64,000 bases of DNA, from assembly GCA_964291315.2 (NCBI GenBank), contig OZ219753.1, positions 768,001 through 832,000 on the forward strand. The letters are read 5' to 3'. Position 1 is the stretch's first letter. Each line of letters opens with the position of its first letter. The DNA is from Candidatus Poribacteria bacterium (lineage in GTDB: Bacteria > Poribacteria > WGA-4E > WGA-3G). Under the pieces are notes generated by a model. It saw only the letters and a list, made by a program, of their open reading frames with translations. It ran no database searches and had not been told where the DNA came from. Shown in pieces: positions 33,900-43,822 of the stretch. Made by a program: the position numbers and the translations under genes.

Positions 33900-34601
33900 A
33901 TGTTGGCAAAGATTGAAAAAGTTTTCCGTTCTCCCTATTCGGTGCCGAACGGTCTGCAATTGACAGACGCGGGTTTGTGGGTTGTTGACCAGATGAGTGA
34001 TAGAGTTGCCTTAGTTGAAGTCACTTCGGATGCGGACTATGCTGTGCCGAGGCTCATTCGCGATATTCCGAGTGAATCTTCGAACACGAGTGGCATGACG
34101 TATGGAGATGGTGTGCTTTGGTTGGCTGCAAACGGTTCTGGAGAGCGCTGGCGTCCGGTTCGATCGACAGATGCGCAGCCGGGTGCGGGTGAGATTTTCA
34201 AAGTTGATTCTGAGACCGGTGAGACCCTTGGCCGCTACCCGATCCCGGATGGTGGTGGCACCCACGGTGTCGAGTATGACAATTATGATGTGGGGCATTT
34301 GTGGGTTCAGACGCTTAAGAATCAGGTCACACATAAGGTTAGGATTTCGGATTGGTCTGTGCAGAAAACGCTCCCGTTGCCGTATGGGCGTGGGCACGGT
34401 ATGGTTCGGGTTGAAGATGGGCTTTGGGTGACCCACACGGCTGACAGGCTTATCGTCAAGCTTGATTTAGATGATGGTGTGGAGCTTGATGTGATCGAGG
34501 TATCTGAAGAGTATCCTGAGCCGCACGGTTTATCCATCTACGGTAGCGGTTTCCTCTATTGCGATGCGGCTTCTGGATGGATAGCAAAGATTACATGGTA
34601 G
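33900..34601 (+). CDS. Small beta-propeller protein (glutaminyl cyclase/Vgb-like), unknown function
   Basis: Repeats PNGL..LWV, SGMTY..LW, HGVEY..LW, HGM..LW, PHGL. Confidence 0.7.
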   Translation: MLAKIEKVFRSPYSVPNGLQLTDAGLWVVDQMSDRVALVEVTSDADYAVPRLIRDIPSESSNTSGMTYGDGVLWLAANGSGERWRPVRSTDAQPGAGEIFKVDSETGETLGRYPIPDGGGTHGVEYDNYDVGHLWVQTLKNQVTHKVRISDWSVQKTLPLPYGRGHGMVRVEDGLWVTHTADRLIVKLDLDDGVELDVIEVSEEYPEPHGLSIYGSGFLYCDAASGWIAKITW

Positions 34602-34665
34602 TTGGGTTTTTAGGGAGCCTGCTTGCGGTTTTCTCCGCTGTTATGGTTTAGCTGAGCATTAGACG

Positions 34666-36072
34666 ATGATACATATTCCAATTCTACGCGCTGGACATCT
34701 TTACAAAAGTTTGAACACCGTCAGGGTGTCGCATATTAGAACGGGTGATCCCTTCGTTGAGGTGAGCCAAGCTAATCGTGGATTGATAGCGAAGGATCTC
34801 GTTGAGAGCGATCGCCTAAGAAAAGTGCTTGGACAACGTTCTGTTGCTGAGTTGATTACTTTCTGTAAGGAGGCGTCGCGTTTTTTCGCAAGATCGACGT
34901 TGCCTCTTGATGGTGCTGAGCAGTCTCCGACAGACTATATCCGGCAGGTTTCTGGGACAACGGGGTTACCGGAGGTTCTCTGCCGGCAGAATCTCGTCAA
35001 GATTCAGGGCGTTTTGGAGAACATGGATGCTGTTTTGGATGGGCTCACCTGTGGCTTGGATCTAAGCGTGCTTGATAACGGTTGGGGCCTCCAAAACGGT
35101 CGGATGTTGAGTTATGTCTGTGAGACAGACGCTTTGGGTGCTGTGTTGCCGAGCAATTCGCCGGGTGTGCATTCGTTGTGGTTGCCGTCGATTCCTTTGA
35201 AAGTTCCTCTTATTTTAAAACCGGGGCGCGAGGATCCGTGGACTCCGTATCGTATCGCCCAGGCGTTTATAGCGGCGGGTGTTTCTCCGGAGGGGTTCAG
35301 TTTCTATCCGACCGATTATGCTGGTGCCAGCGAAATTCTGTCGCGTTGTGGGCGTTCTCTGCTTTTTGGTGGTGGTTCGACCGTTGCTCCATGGTTAAAC
35401 AGGCCTGGCGTTGAAATCCATGGACCGGGTCGGAGCAAAATTATCATCCACGAAGGCGAAGCTAACGATTGGAGGCGGCACCTTGATCTCATTGTAGAAT
35501 CGGTTGCGAAAAACGGTGGCAGGTCCTGTATTAATGCTTCTGGTGTATGGGTGACAGCATGTGGTCGCGAGATTGCTGAAGCGTTGGCATGCCGCTTAGC
35601 GGTTATTGAGCCGAAACCGCTGGATGCCCCAGGTGCGGGGATCGCAGCGTGGGCGAATCCGAAAGCTGCGCACGGCATTTCATCGCTCATTGATCGACAT
35701 TTGAAAGAGCCTGGTGCGACAGAATTGACAACCGGAGATCGAGTTGTGGAATTAGATGGATGTACTTTCCTCAGGCCGACTGTTATCTGGTGTGAGGATG
35801 TGGAGCATCCGTTAGCGAACATTGAATTCCCGTTCCCGTTTGTGAGTGTTGTGGAGGTGTCGCGAAGAGAATTAGTCAGGTCTATTGGTGAAACCCTTGT
35901 TGTCACTGCGATCACTGAAGATGCTTCATTAAGAGGTGAGCTTGTTTCTACGCCGCTGATTGATCGACTCAATTTGGGTGCTGTTCCGACGAACCAGATC
36001 TCTTGGGACGCTCCGCATGAGGGCAATTTGTTCGAGCATCTCTATAGACAACGAGCATTTCAACTTGGGTAG
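34666..36072 (+). CDS. ALDH-superfamily, LuxC-like acyl reductase
   Basis: PSNSP, LKPG, FGG, HGPGRSK, NGGRSC (catalytic Cys), EFPFP. Confidence 0.8.
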   Translation: MIHIPILRAGHLYKSLNTVRVSHIRTGDPFVEVSQANRGLIAKDLVESDRLRKVLGQRSVAELITFCKEASRFFARSTLPLDGAEQSPTDYIRQVSGTTGLPEVLCRQNLVKIQGVLENMDAVLDGLTCGLDLSVLDNGWGLQNGRMLSYVCETDALGAVLPSNSPGVHSLWLPSIPLKVPLILKPGREDPWTPYRIAQAFIAAGVSPEGFSFYPTDYAGASEILSRCGRSLLFGGGSTVAPWLNRPGVEIHGPGRSKIIIHEGEANDWRRHLDLIVESVAKNGGRSCINASGVWVTACGREIAEALACRLAVIEPKPLDAPGAGIAAWANPKAAHGISSLIDRHLKEPGATELTTGDRVVELDGCTFLRPTVIWCEDVEHPLANIEFPFPFVSVVEVSRRELVRSIGETLVVTAITEDASLRGELVSTPLIDRLNLGAVPTNQISWDAPHEGNLFEHLYRQRAFQLG

Positions 36073-36167
36073 TCCCTGAAACAGCAGGATGCGTGTCTCA
36101 GAAATATCTCCGGCTTGCAATTCATGATTTTTTTAATTCCGATCCCGATATATTTAAGGAACACACT

Positions 36168-37256
36168 ATGCTAATTATTGATGCGCATCTTGATCTGTCT
36201 ATGAACGCCTTACAAGGGAACCGGGATTTGCTAAGTTCTGTCTACACGATTCGGACCCAAGAGGCGCGGATGTCTGGTAAAGGACGTGCTCAAGGTACTG
36301 TGGCGCTTCCTGAGATGCGTCGTGGGCGCATTGCGTTGAGTTTTGTTACACTTTTTGCTCGTTCGACTGGCAGTCCTTCTCCTCATTCTGATTATGCTAC
36401 CTCTGCTCAGTCTTACGGCATTGCCCGGGGGCAGCTTGCTTACTACCGTGCCTTAGAAGACATGGGCTACGTTCGTATCATCACGAACAAGGAGAACTTG
36501 GACAGACACATCGACGGTTGGCGGAGATGGGAAAGCTCGGCAATAGGCGATGCTAGCGATTACGATAACACGCCCCCGTTGGGGTTTGTGATTGGTATGG
36601 AAGGTGCTGATCCGATTCTGACTCCGGCTCAGTTAGGATCGTGGGTTGATGGTGGTTTACGCTTGTTGGGATTGACACACTACGGTCGGGGACGCTATGC
36701 TGGTGGGACAGGCACAGAAAACGGTCTCACTGAACTGGGTCGTCCGCTGCTTGCTGAGATGGATCGGTTAGGTGTTGTTTTGGATCTCACGCATTGCTCG
36801 GATCAGTCGTTCTGGCAGGCATTGGATCACTACGCCGGTTTAGTCCACGCGAGTCACAACAACTGTCGTGCGCTTGTTCCGCATCAACGGCAATTCAGTG
36901 ATGAGCAATTAAGGGCGATTTTTGAGCGTGGCGGTGTGATTGGTGCTGCTTTCGATGCGTGGATGCTCCAAGCCGGCTGGATTACTGGTGAGGCTTCCAA
37001 CGCGGAGGTTACTTTGAACAGTGTGGTGGATCATATTGATTATGTCTGTCAGCTTGCGGGTAACAACCTGCATGCTGCTATCGGTACAGATTTAGACGGG
37101 GGATATGGACGTGAGCAGTCTCCGAGCGATTTGGACACTATCGCTGACTTACAGAAGATACCGGATTTGCTGGCTGCCCGGGGTTATAGTGATTCGGACG
37201 TTGCTGCTATCATGCACGGTAACTGGCTGCGGTTTTTACATGAGGCCTGGGGATAA
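36168..37256 (+). CDS. Membrane dipeptidase (peptidase M19) family
   Basis: IIDAHLD, MEGAD, DLTH, ASHNN, IGTDLDG, HGNW. Confidence 0.9.
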   Translation: MLIIDAHLDLSMNALQGNRDLLSSVYTIRTQEARMSGKGRAQGTVALPEMRRGRIALSFVTLFARSTGSPSPHSDYATSAQSYGIARGQLAYYRALEDMGYVRIITNKENLDRHIDGWRRWESSAIGDASDYDNTPPLGFVIGMEGADPILTPAQLGSWVDGGLRLLGLTHYGRGRYAGGTGTENGLTELGRPLLAEMDRLGVVLDLTHCSDQSFWQALDHYAGLVHASHNNCRALVPHQRQFSDEQLRAIFERGGVIGAAFDAWMLQAGWITGEASNAEVTLNSVVDHIDYVCQLAGNNLHAAIGTDLDGGYGREQSPSDLDTIADLQKIPDLLAARGYSDSDVAAIMHGNWLRFLHEAWG

Positions 37257-37345
37257 GTTGTCTGTTTGCGTCGGAACTTCATAGGGGTTAGGTATTTGAC
37301 TCCTCCGACTGTTTTCTGAAGGTTGGTGGCGTTTCCGTGTTGCTG

Positions 37346-38098
37346 TTATGGTGCGTTTCTGCGGAGTTGTGCAAGCTCTGCTTGGAGGTCTGCGAGCTCT
37401 GTCTCTGCTTGTTCGGCTCGTGCCTCGGCTTGTTGGGCTTGTTCTTCTGCCTGCTGGCGTGCGCGGGTTTCCTGTTCGGCTCGTGCCTCGGCTGCCTCTT
37501 CTGGCATGAGCAGCCACTGCTGCGTGGTGGGGACATAAAACCGTAAGCCTCCAGCCGGGAGCAGGTATAACTCCAGACCTAGCGCGAAGGACGGCACGCC
37601 GCCGTCAGTCGTCTGCTGCGCCGCATGATAGCTGCCTCCGTCTAAGGTCCATCCCATGAGGGGTGTAGGGAGGTAGAGCCCTTCTATATCACATAAGAAG
37701 TAATCGGTAACTCCTAGGCTGGCATAAAGCTGCTTTTTCTCGCCCAGGTCCCGCTCATAAGTTGTTTCACTTGCTAACTCCATGACGAAGTCCGGGGGTT
37801 TGCCCTCTTCCCAGACGCGATAGGTCTGACGATGCTTCTGACCTATGCCGAAGGAGACCAGCACATCTGGCGAGACGACTTTCCGCGGGTCTCCGTGCAC
37901 ATAGTACATCAGGATATCTCCGGAGACATACACCTCTGGTTTATCGGTAAAGAAAGTTTCGAGGGCTCGGAGTATCCGTATGAGTGTGTGTCTATGCTTA
38001 TCGCTTGCGGCCATGGGTTTTCCGTCCGTTTCTGGATAGAGTTGGTATTCGTGTGTAGGGGCGGCGGACGTTTGCGGCGTTGTTTCATAAATCGCCAT
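37346..38098 (-). CDS. Uma2 family (PD-(D/E)XK) endonuclease with coiled-coil tail
   Basis: AAGGAG RBS before the ATG at 38098; YPETDGKPM, VSPDV, EGKPPDFVMELAS, KKQLY; AEARAEQ repeats. Confidence 0.88.
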   Translation of the reverse strand: MAIYETTPQTSAAPTHEYQLYPETDGKPMAASDKHRHTLIRILRALETFFTDKPEVYVSGDILMYYVHGDPRKVVSPDVLVSFGIGQKHRQTYRVWEEGKPPDFVMELASETTYERDLGEKKQLYASLGVTDYFLCDIEGLYLPTPLMGWTLDGGSYHAAQQTTDGGVPSFALGLELYLLPAGGLRFYVPTTQQWLLMPEEAAEARAEQETRARQQAEEQAQQAEARAEQAETELADLQAELAQLRRNAP

Positions 38099-38427
38099 AT
38101 TGGTTTCTCCTTCTCTATGTGTGAAATTATCAGGCTTAAATTCCAATTTTCTCCAACCTTTGTTATTCAAGTGTTTGCGGTGTTCATGGTAAGACTGCGT
38201 ATCATCAGTATGCCTTATTTTCAGCACATTACAGACAAACATTATACCGTATTTTTTGTCGAAATGCCAATCTGTTTTCCACTTGATTCGCCGCCATTTT
38301 ATTGGCAATGGCTTGTGAATCTTTTCTAGCTTGACTTTGTTGTTCCGCTTTTGGTATCATATAAAAAATAGAGTAGGACGATGTGAAATGGAAAGCCGCC
38401 ATGTTAATTAAATCGTAAAACAGGGAT

Positions 38428-39552
38428 ATGCAAGCTTTTGAGACCGAGTTAACACAGAGCGTTATTTTCGGTAAAAACAGTATTGAGAAATTAGGTAAGT
38501 TGACTCGGATGCTGGGGGCTGGCTGCGTCTTTATTGTGACCGACCGCGGCATCGAAAAAGCGGGTATTCTTGCGAGGGCTGTATTGGCGTTGCAAAGTGA
38601 AGGGATTGGTGTATCTATTTTTGCTGATGTTATGTCGAACCCGACGACTGAAGATGTGGAGGCTGCTGTTGCGGCTGCGAAGACGGATGCCCCGGTAGAT
38701 CTTATCATCGGGCTTGGTGGCGGTAGTCCGATGGATTGCGCGAAAGGGGTGAACTTCCTGCTCACAAATGGCGGCAAAATGGAGGATTACTGGGGCATCA
38801 ACAGAGCGTCTCTGCCGATGCTACCGTCTATAGGCATTCCGACGACTATCGGCACTGGAAGCGAGGCCCAATCTTTCGCGCTCATCGCGCAGCGCGAGAC
38901 ACATATCAAGATGGCGTGTGGAGACATCAAAGCGAAATTTGGGACGGTCATTTTGGATGCTACTCTGGCTGAGACTTTACCGAGCTCCGTGGTAGCTGTG
39001 ACAGGTATAGATGCGGTCGCGCATGCGGTTGAGAGTTCGGTTTCAACTAGGCGTAATCTGATGTCTCAGATGTTTTCACAACACGCTTGGCGGTTGTTAG
39101 AGGCGAATTTTGAATCAGCCTTGGCCCCTGAAAGCACTGTGGCACGGAGTCATATGTTATTCGGTGCTTACCTTGCTGGACTTGCGATCGAAAATTCAAT
39201 GTTAGGTGCGGCACACGCTTGCGCGAATCCATTAACAGCGAGATACGGTATTACGCACGGTGTTGCAGTTGCGTTGATGTTACCCCATGTGATTCGATTT
39301 AACGAGACGGTTGTGGGTGACTGCTATCGTCAACTTCACCCAGGTGGAGATTTGGCGGATAGGGTTGCTGAATTAAAAGATGTTGGTAATTTACCGAACA
39401 CGTTGCAGGCGTGCGGTGTCCAATATCCTATACCGAGTACGGACTTACCGATATTAGCCAAAGAAGCGTCAGCGCAGTGGACGGCGCAGTTTAATCCGCG
39501 TCCGCTGAGCCCACAAGATTTGATGACCCTTTATGAAGCGATCTATTATTAA
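38428..39552 (+). CDS. Iron-containing alcohol dehydrogenase
   Basis: GLGGGSPMDCAK, PTTIGTGSE, GIDAVAHAVES, AHA, HG. Confidence 0.92.
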   Translation: MQAFETELTQSVIFGKNSIEKLGKLTRMLGAGCVFIVTDRGIEKAGILARAVLALQSEGIGVSIFADVMSNPTTEDVEAAVAAAKTDAPVDLIIGLGGGSPMDCAKGVNFLLTNGGKMEDYWGINRASLPMLPSIGIPTTIGTGSEAQSFALIAQRETHIKMACGDIKAKFGTVILDATLAETLPSSVVAVTGIDAVAHAVESSVSTRRNLMSQMFSQHAWRLLEANFESALAPESTVARSHMLFGAYLAGLAIENSMLGAAHACANPLTARYGITHGVAVALMLPHVIRFNETVVGDCYRQLHPGGDLADRVAELKDVGNLPNTLQACGVQYPIPSTDLPILAKEASAQWTAQFNPRPLSPQDLMTLYEAIYY

Positions 39553-40693
39553 TACAGGCTGTTCTCTATACCGGCTGCTTATAAAAAGTGTGTTATTTTT
39601 ACTGCTTTTCATTGGGCAGACCACTTTTGCGAATTGGGCGAGCTTTCGCGGTAACGCGCAATTGACCGGTGTTGCTGACACGGGTCTCCCGGAAAATCTG
39701 CGATTGCGTTGGACTTTTCAGGCCGGAGATATGATTGAATCTACTGCAGCGGTTGTTGATGGTACTGTATATATTGGAGCATTAGACGGTTCGTTGTATG
39801 CCATTGCTGCTGAAACTGGAGAAAAGCGGTGGGGTTTCCAAGCGAAGGGTTCCATTAAAGCGTCTCCTTCTGTCTACAATGGAGTTATCTACTTTGGCGA
39901 TGGTGAAGGGGTGTTCTATGCGGTAGATATTAGCACTCGGGAGATAAAATGGCAATTTCAGACAGAGGGCGAAATTATATCATCAGCGAATTTTGCGGGG
40001 GAGGGTGTGTTATTTGGTTCGTATGATGGATTCCTCTACTGTCTGAACCGGGAAGACGGGAAGCTGGCGTGGAAATTTGAGACAGAAGGGTATGTCCATG
40101 GCACCCCTGGTATCTGGACACGAACTGTGAAGGGGGTTGATCGGGATGAGAGCTTTGTTATCGTCACGGGATGTGACAGTTACCTTCGTGTTCTCACTGC
40201 TGACGGCGGTGCACAAATACGTCAGGTTAATCTTGGTGCGTATGTAGGTGCGAGTGCTGCGGTGTTAGGGGATCATGTCTATTGTGGCACGTACGGTAAT
40301 GAAATATTGGGTGTTAATTTAGAGTTGGGTGAGATCGCATGGCGGTATCGGCATCCGAAGCGGGGGTTTCCATTTTTCGCCTCAGCTGCGCTCACTGATG
40401 GCTTAGTTATTATCGGTGGGCGAGACAAGATGGTACACGCGCTTTCGCCGGAGACCGGGGATCCGTTATGGACTTATACGGCGAGATCCCGGATCGAGTC
40501 GTCTGCTGTTATTGTAGGTGCGCGCGTTTTCTTTGGAACGACTCGGGGTTTGTTTGTTGCTTTAGATGTATCTAGTGGCGAATCAGTGTGGGAATTTGCA
40601 ACGGGTTCATCAATTGTTGCTTCCCCGAGTGTTGCCGATGGCAGGATTTACATTGGAACTGATGATGGAATTCTGTATTGTTTTGGAAATTAG
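39533..40693 (+). CDS. PQQ-like (BamB-like) beta-propeller protein
   Basis: WASFRGN and about 8 W-x-F..S-[SA]..DG..Y repeats. Confidence 0.88.
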   Translation: MKRSIINTGCSLYRLLIKSVLFLLLFIGQTTFANWASFRGNAQLTGVADTGLPENLRLRWTFQAGDMIESTAAVVDGTVYIGALDGSLYAIAAETGEKRWGFQAKGSIKASPSVYNGVIYFGDGEGVFYAVDISTREIKWQFQTEGEIISSANFAGEGVLFGSYDGFLYCLNREDGKLAWKFETEGYVHGTPGIWTRTVKGVDRDESFVIVTGCDSYLRVLTADGGAQIRQVNLGAYVGASAAVLGDHVYCGTYGNEILGVNLELGEIAWRYRHPKRGFPFFASAALTDGLVIIGGRDKMVHALSPETGDPLWTYTARSRIESSAVIVGARVFFGTTRGLFVALDVSSGESVWEFATGSSIVASPSVADGRIYIGTDDGILYCFGN

Positions 40694-40824
40694 TTTTTAA
40701 AGATTGACCTATCAGAGATAAATTTCTCAGCAACGGTAGGAGGTTAGACCTGCCTTGTGTGTTACATTGTATGCCGCGGGATTTAAAAGGGGTCAAAACA
40801 TATCCAAGGAAGAGGATCACAATA

Positions 40825-42165
40825 ATGCCTGAAACAAAACCTGAACCGGCGACGGGTGGTATAGATTCGAAACAGACGACCGTTGGGAGCGTCTTTGTCT
40901 CGAACTACCCGCCGTATTCTGCATGGGGTGACTTAGATGTCCCGGAAGTGGAGCGGGTGCTTGGTGAGCGCCGGTGTCCTGATGCCCCGTTTGGTCTCTA
41001 TCTTCACATCCCGTTTTGCCGGAAACGGTGTAAATTCTGTTATTTTCGGGTCTATACCGATAAGAATAGTGCGGAAATTGAGACATATCTGAACGCTCTC
41101 GTCAAGGAGATCGAGCTTTACAGCAGACAACCGGCTATTGCAGGTAGACCTCTGAGATTCGTTTACTTTGGCGGTGGTACTCCGTCCTATATCAGCGTGA
41201 AGCATCTCACAACGCTTGTTGGCAGGGTAAAACGTGTGGTTCCGTGGGATGCTGCTGAGGAGGTCGCGTTTGAGTGTGAACCCGGGACGTTAACAGAAAA
41301 GAAGGTAGAGGCCATCAAAGGGATCGGTGTGACCCGCTTGAGTTTGGGTGTTGAAAATCTGAACGACGAAATCCTTGCTGAAAATGGGAGGGCACATCTT
41401 TCGAAAGAGGTTTATCGCATTGTGCCGTGGATAAAGTCGTTAGCATTTGACCAGGTTAACATTGATCTGATCTCGGGTATGATCGGTGAAACTTGGGAGA
41501 GTTGGCGTGAAACCGTCAGCAAAACGCTTGAGCTTGAGCCGGACAGTGTCACTATCTATCAGTTGGAATTGCCGTTCAACACCGTCTATTCCAAGGGCAT
41601 TCTTGGTGGTAACGCCCTTCCTGTAGCAGATTGGAAGCTTAAACGTGAATGGCACCAATACGCTTTTGAAGAGTTTGTGTGTGCCGGTTACGTGCAATCG
41701 AGCGCGTATACAGTTGTTAAGAAAGATAAGCCGTGTGAGTTCGTTTATCGTGATGCGGTATGGCAGGGCAGCGATATGATAGGTACCGGGGTAGCTTCTT
41801 TTTCGCATCTCGGCGGAATTCATTTTCAGAATGCACCTGCGTGGGGAAATTACCTCGGCTGTCTTGAGGGCGGCGGTTTCCCAATTTATAGAGCGTTCAA
41901 GCCGACGGCGGCGGAACGGTTGACGCGGGAGATGATCCTCCAGCTCAAACTTGGGAAAATTAGACCTTCTTATTTCAAGGCAAAATTTGATGCGGATATC
42001 CTTACGTTTTACGCTGATGCGTATGATAAACTCCAGAACGATGGGATGCTGCTCGTCGATGCGGAGTTAGACGAGATTCGGTTGACAGAACGCGGTTTGC
42101 TCCGCGTCGATAGTCTGCTGCCTGCTTTCTATGCTCCGGAATACCAGAACACGCGATACACTTAA
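40825..42165 (+). CDS. HemN/HemW-like radical SAM enzyme
   Basis: YLHIPFCRKRCKFCYF, YFGGGTPS, RLSLGV, NIDLI; GGAAGAGG upstream of the ATG at 40825. Confidence 0.88.
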   Translation: MPETKPEPATGGIDSKQTTVGSVFVSNYPPYSAWGDLDVPEVERVLGERRCPDAPFGLYLHIPFCRKRCKFCYFRVYTDKNSAEIETYLNALVKEIELYSRQPAIAGRPLRFVYFGGGTPSYISVKHLTTLVGRVKRVVPWDAAEEVAFECEPGTLTEKKVEAIKGIGVTRLSLGVENLNDEILAENGRAHLSKEVYRIVPWIKSLAFDQVNIDLISGMIGETWESWRETVSKTLELEPDSVTIYQLELPFNTVYSKGILGGNALPVADWKLKREWHQYAFEEFVCAGYVQSSAYTVVKKDKPCEFVYRDAVWQGSDMIGTGVASFSHLGGIHFQNAPAWGNYLGCLEGGGFPIYRAFKPTAAERLTREMILQLKLGKIRPSYFKAKFDADILTFYADAYDKLQNDGMLLVDAELDEIRLTERGLLRVDSLLPAFYAPEYQNTRYT

Positions 42166-42168
42166 GAT

Positions 42169-43446
42169 ATGAGTATGGATACACAATTATGTCGTCTGCG
42201 CGAGATGCTGGCTTCGGTGTTAGCGACAAATACCTTCTATCGGCGAAAGCTTATGAATGCTGGGATTACGCGTTCAAGCGATGTACAGACGTTGCGTGAT
42301 TATGGGCGTTTGCCTTTTACAACGAAGGAAGAGCTGAGTGCGGATCAGGTGTTGCATCCGCCGTATGGTACCAATCTAACTTTTCCGTTGGAGCGTTATA
42401 CTTGTGTGCATCGCACTTCGGGTACAACTGGTTCCCCTTTACGGTGGTTGGATACGTCGGAGTCTTGGCGGTGGTGGGGTAAATGTTGGCGGTCGGTTTA
42501 CGCTGCTGCGGGCGTGACATCGGCGGATCGGCTTCTGCCTGCTTTTTCGTTTGGTCCGTTTATCGGTTTCTGGAGTGCCTACCAGGGTGCGCAGCAGCTT
42601 GGTGCTCTTACAATTGCGAATGGTGGTTTCACTTCTGAGCAGCGTATTCGTGCGATTCTCAGTAACGATGTGACGGTGTTAATTTGTACTCCGACGTATG
42701 CGTTGCGGCTTGCCGAGGTTGCGGCGCAATCGGGCATTAATCTTCGTGAAGAATCTTCGGTGCGGGTAACTCTGCATGCGGGTGAGCCTGGGGCGAGTCT
42801 ACCTGCAACGAAACAACGGATTGAGCGCTGTTGGGGTGCGCGTGCTTATGACCATGCTGGTGCCACAGAGGTGGGTGCGTGGGGCGTTATGTGTGAACCG
42901 CAGGCGGGTGTGCATCTCAACGAAGACGAATTTATTTGTGAGGTGCTTGATCCGAAAACTGGGACCCCGTCGGCTGCGGGGGAATTGGTCATCACGAATT
43001 TAGGGCGAATTGGCATGCCGGTTATCCGCTACAAGACAGGCGACTATGTTAATCTCAAATCGGTGCCGTGTGCATGTGGAAGAAAGAGTCGGGTTCTTGA
43101 GGGTGGCGTTATTGGCAGACTGGATGACGTGCTGATCATCCGCGGTCTGAATGTTTATCCGGCCACGATCGAAAATATTATTCTCAAGTTTTCAGAGATT
43201 CGCGAATTCGCTGTGCGTGTCTACAGTACCGAAACGTTTGATGAAATTGAAATTCAGGTTGAGTCCACAGCTCCGAACCCTATTGCGACTGTGAATTCGG
43301 TAACAGAGGCTATCCGAGATGCGTTAGGTTTGCGTGCGGTGGTAAAATCGGTGCCACTTGGAACACTACCAAGGTATGAGCTCAAGGCGAGGCGATTCAT
43401 TGATCAGAGAAAACGGGTTGGAGCTCCAGCTATACAACCGATGTAA
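42169..43446 (+). CDS. Phenylacetate-CoA ligase (PaaK/FtsA) family adenylate-forming enzyme
   Basis: LPFTTKEEL, TSGTTG, GEPG, GATE, RYKTGD, GRLDD, GLNVYP. Confidence 0.9.
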   Translation: MSMDTQLCRLREMLASVLATNTFYRRKLMNAGITRSSDVQTLRDYGRLPFTTKEELSADQVLHPPYGTNLTFPLERYTCVHRTSGTTGSPLRWLDTSESWRWWGKCWRSVYAAAGVTSADRLLPAFSFGPFIGFWSAYQGAQQLGALTIANGGFTSEQRIRAILSNDVTVLICTPTYALRLAEVAAQSGINLREESSVRVTLHAGEPGASLPATKQRIERCWGARAYDHAGATEVGAWGVMCEPQAGVHLNEDEFICEVLDPKTGTPSAAGELVITNLGRIGMPVIRYKTGDYVNLKSVPCACGRKSRVLEGGVIGRLDDVLIIRGLNVYPATIENIILKFSEIREFAVRVYSTETFDEIEIQVESTAPNPIATVNSVTEAIRDALGLRAVVKSVPLGTLPRYELKARRFIDQRKRVGAPAIQPM

Positions 43447-43482
43447 TCGGTAGACAGAGGGATATCTGCTGCCAAGCGAAAT

Positions 43483-43776
43483 ATGATGGAGCCTAATGTT
43501 GAGCACAATGCTCGCGATTCCTACGGTAACACTGCGTTGCGTTATGCCGTATTGCTGGAGCGTTCGCGAGTAGTGGAGCTATTGCTGGCGCATCCTAAAT
43601 CGTAGTCAATGTTTTGGATGGTGGGGGGACCAGCGGAGTTAGCTCCCAGGTTGGGACAGGTGAAGATGGCAAGGCTTATCGAGGCACATCCGACTGCCAA
43701 GATACCGCCGTTGCGTATTGTGCCTACGATGCGTCATTTGACGGCAACTTGGGCGGAAGTGAAACGCAGGCGATGA
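43483..43776 (+). pseudogene. Decayed ankyrin-repeat gene fragment
   Basis: MMEPNVEHNARDSYGNTALRYAVLLERSRVVELLLAHPKS*, then a degenerate second repeat and IVPTMRHLTATWAEVKRRR*. Confidence 0.65.
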
Positions 43777-43822
43777 GTCTCCCGATGCCACCCGCTAGCA
43801 GGGACTGTGGCAGCTCGTCCGT

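Noticed and set aside
32711-36072. Phenazine or bioluminescence operon
   Set aside because: No phzA-G or luxAB/luxD genes are present; only the activation/reduction pair.
40825-42165. Assigning the symbol hemN
   Set aside because: Many HemN-like enzymes are not coproporphyrinogen oxidases, and there is no heme pathway context.
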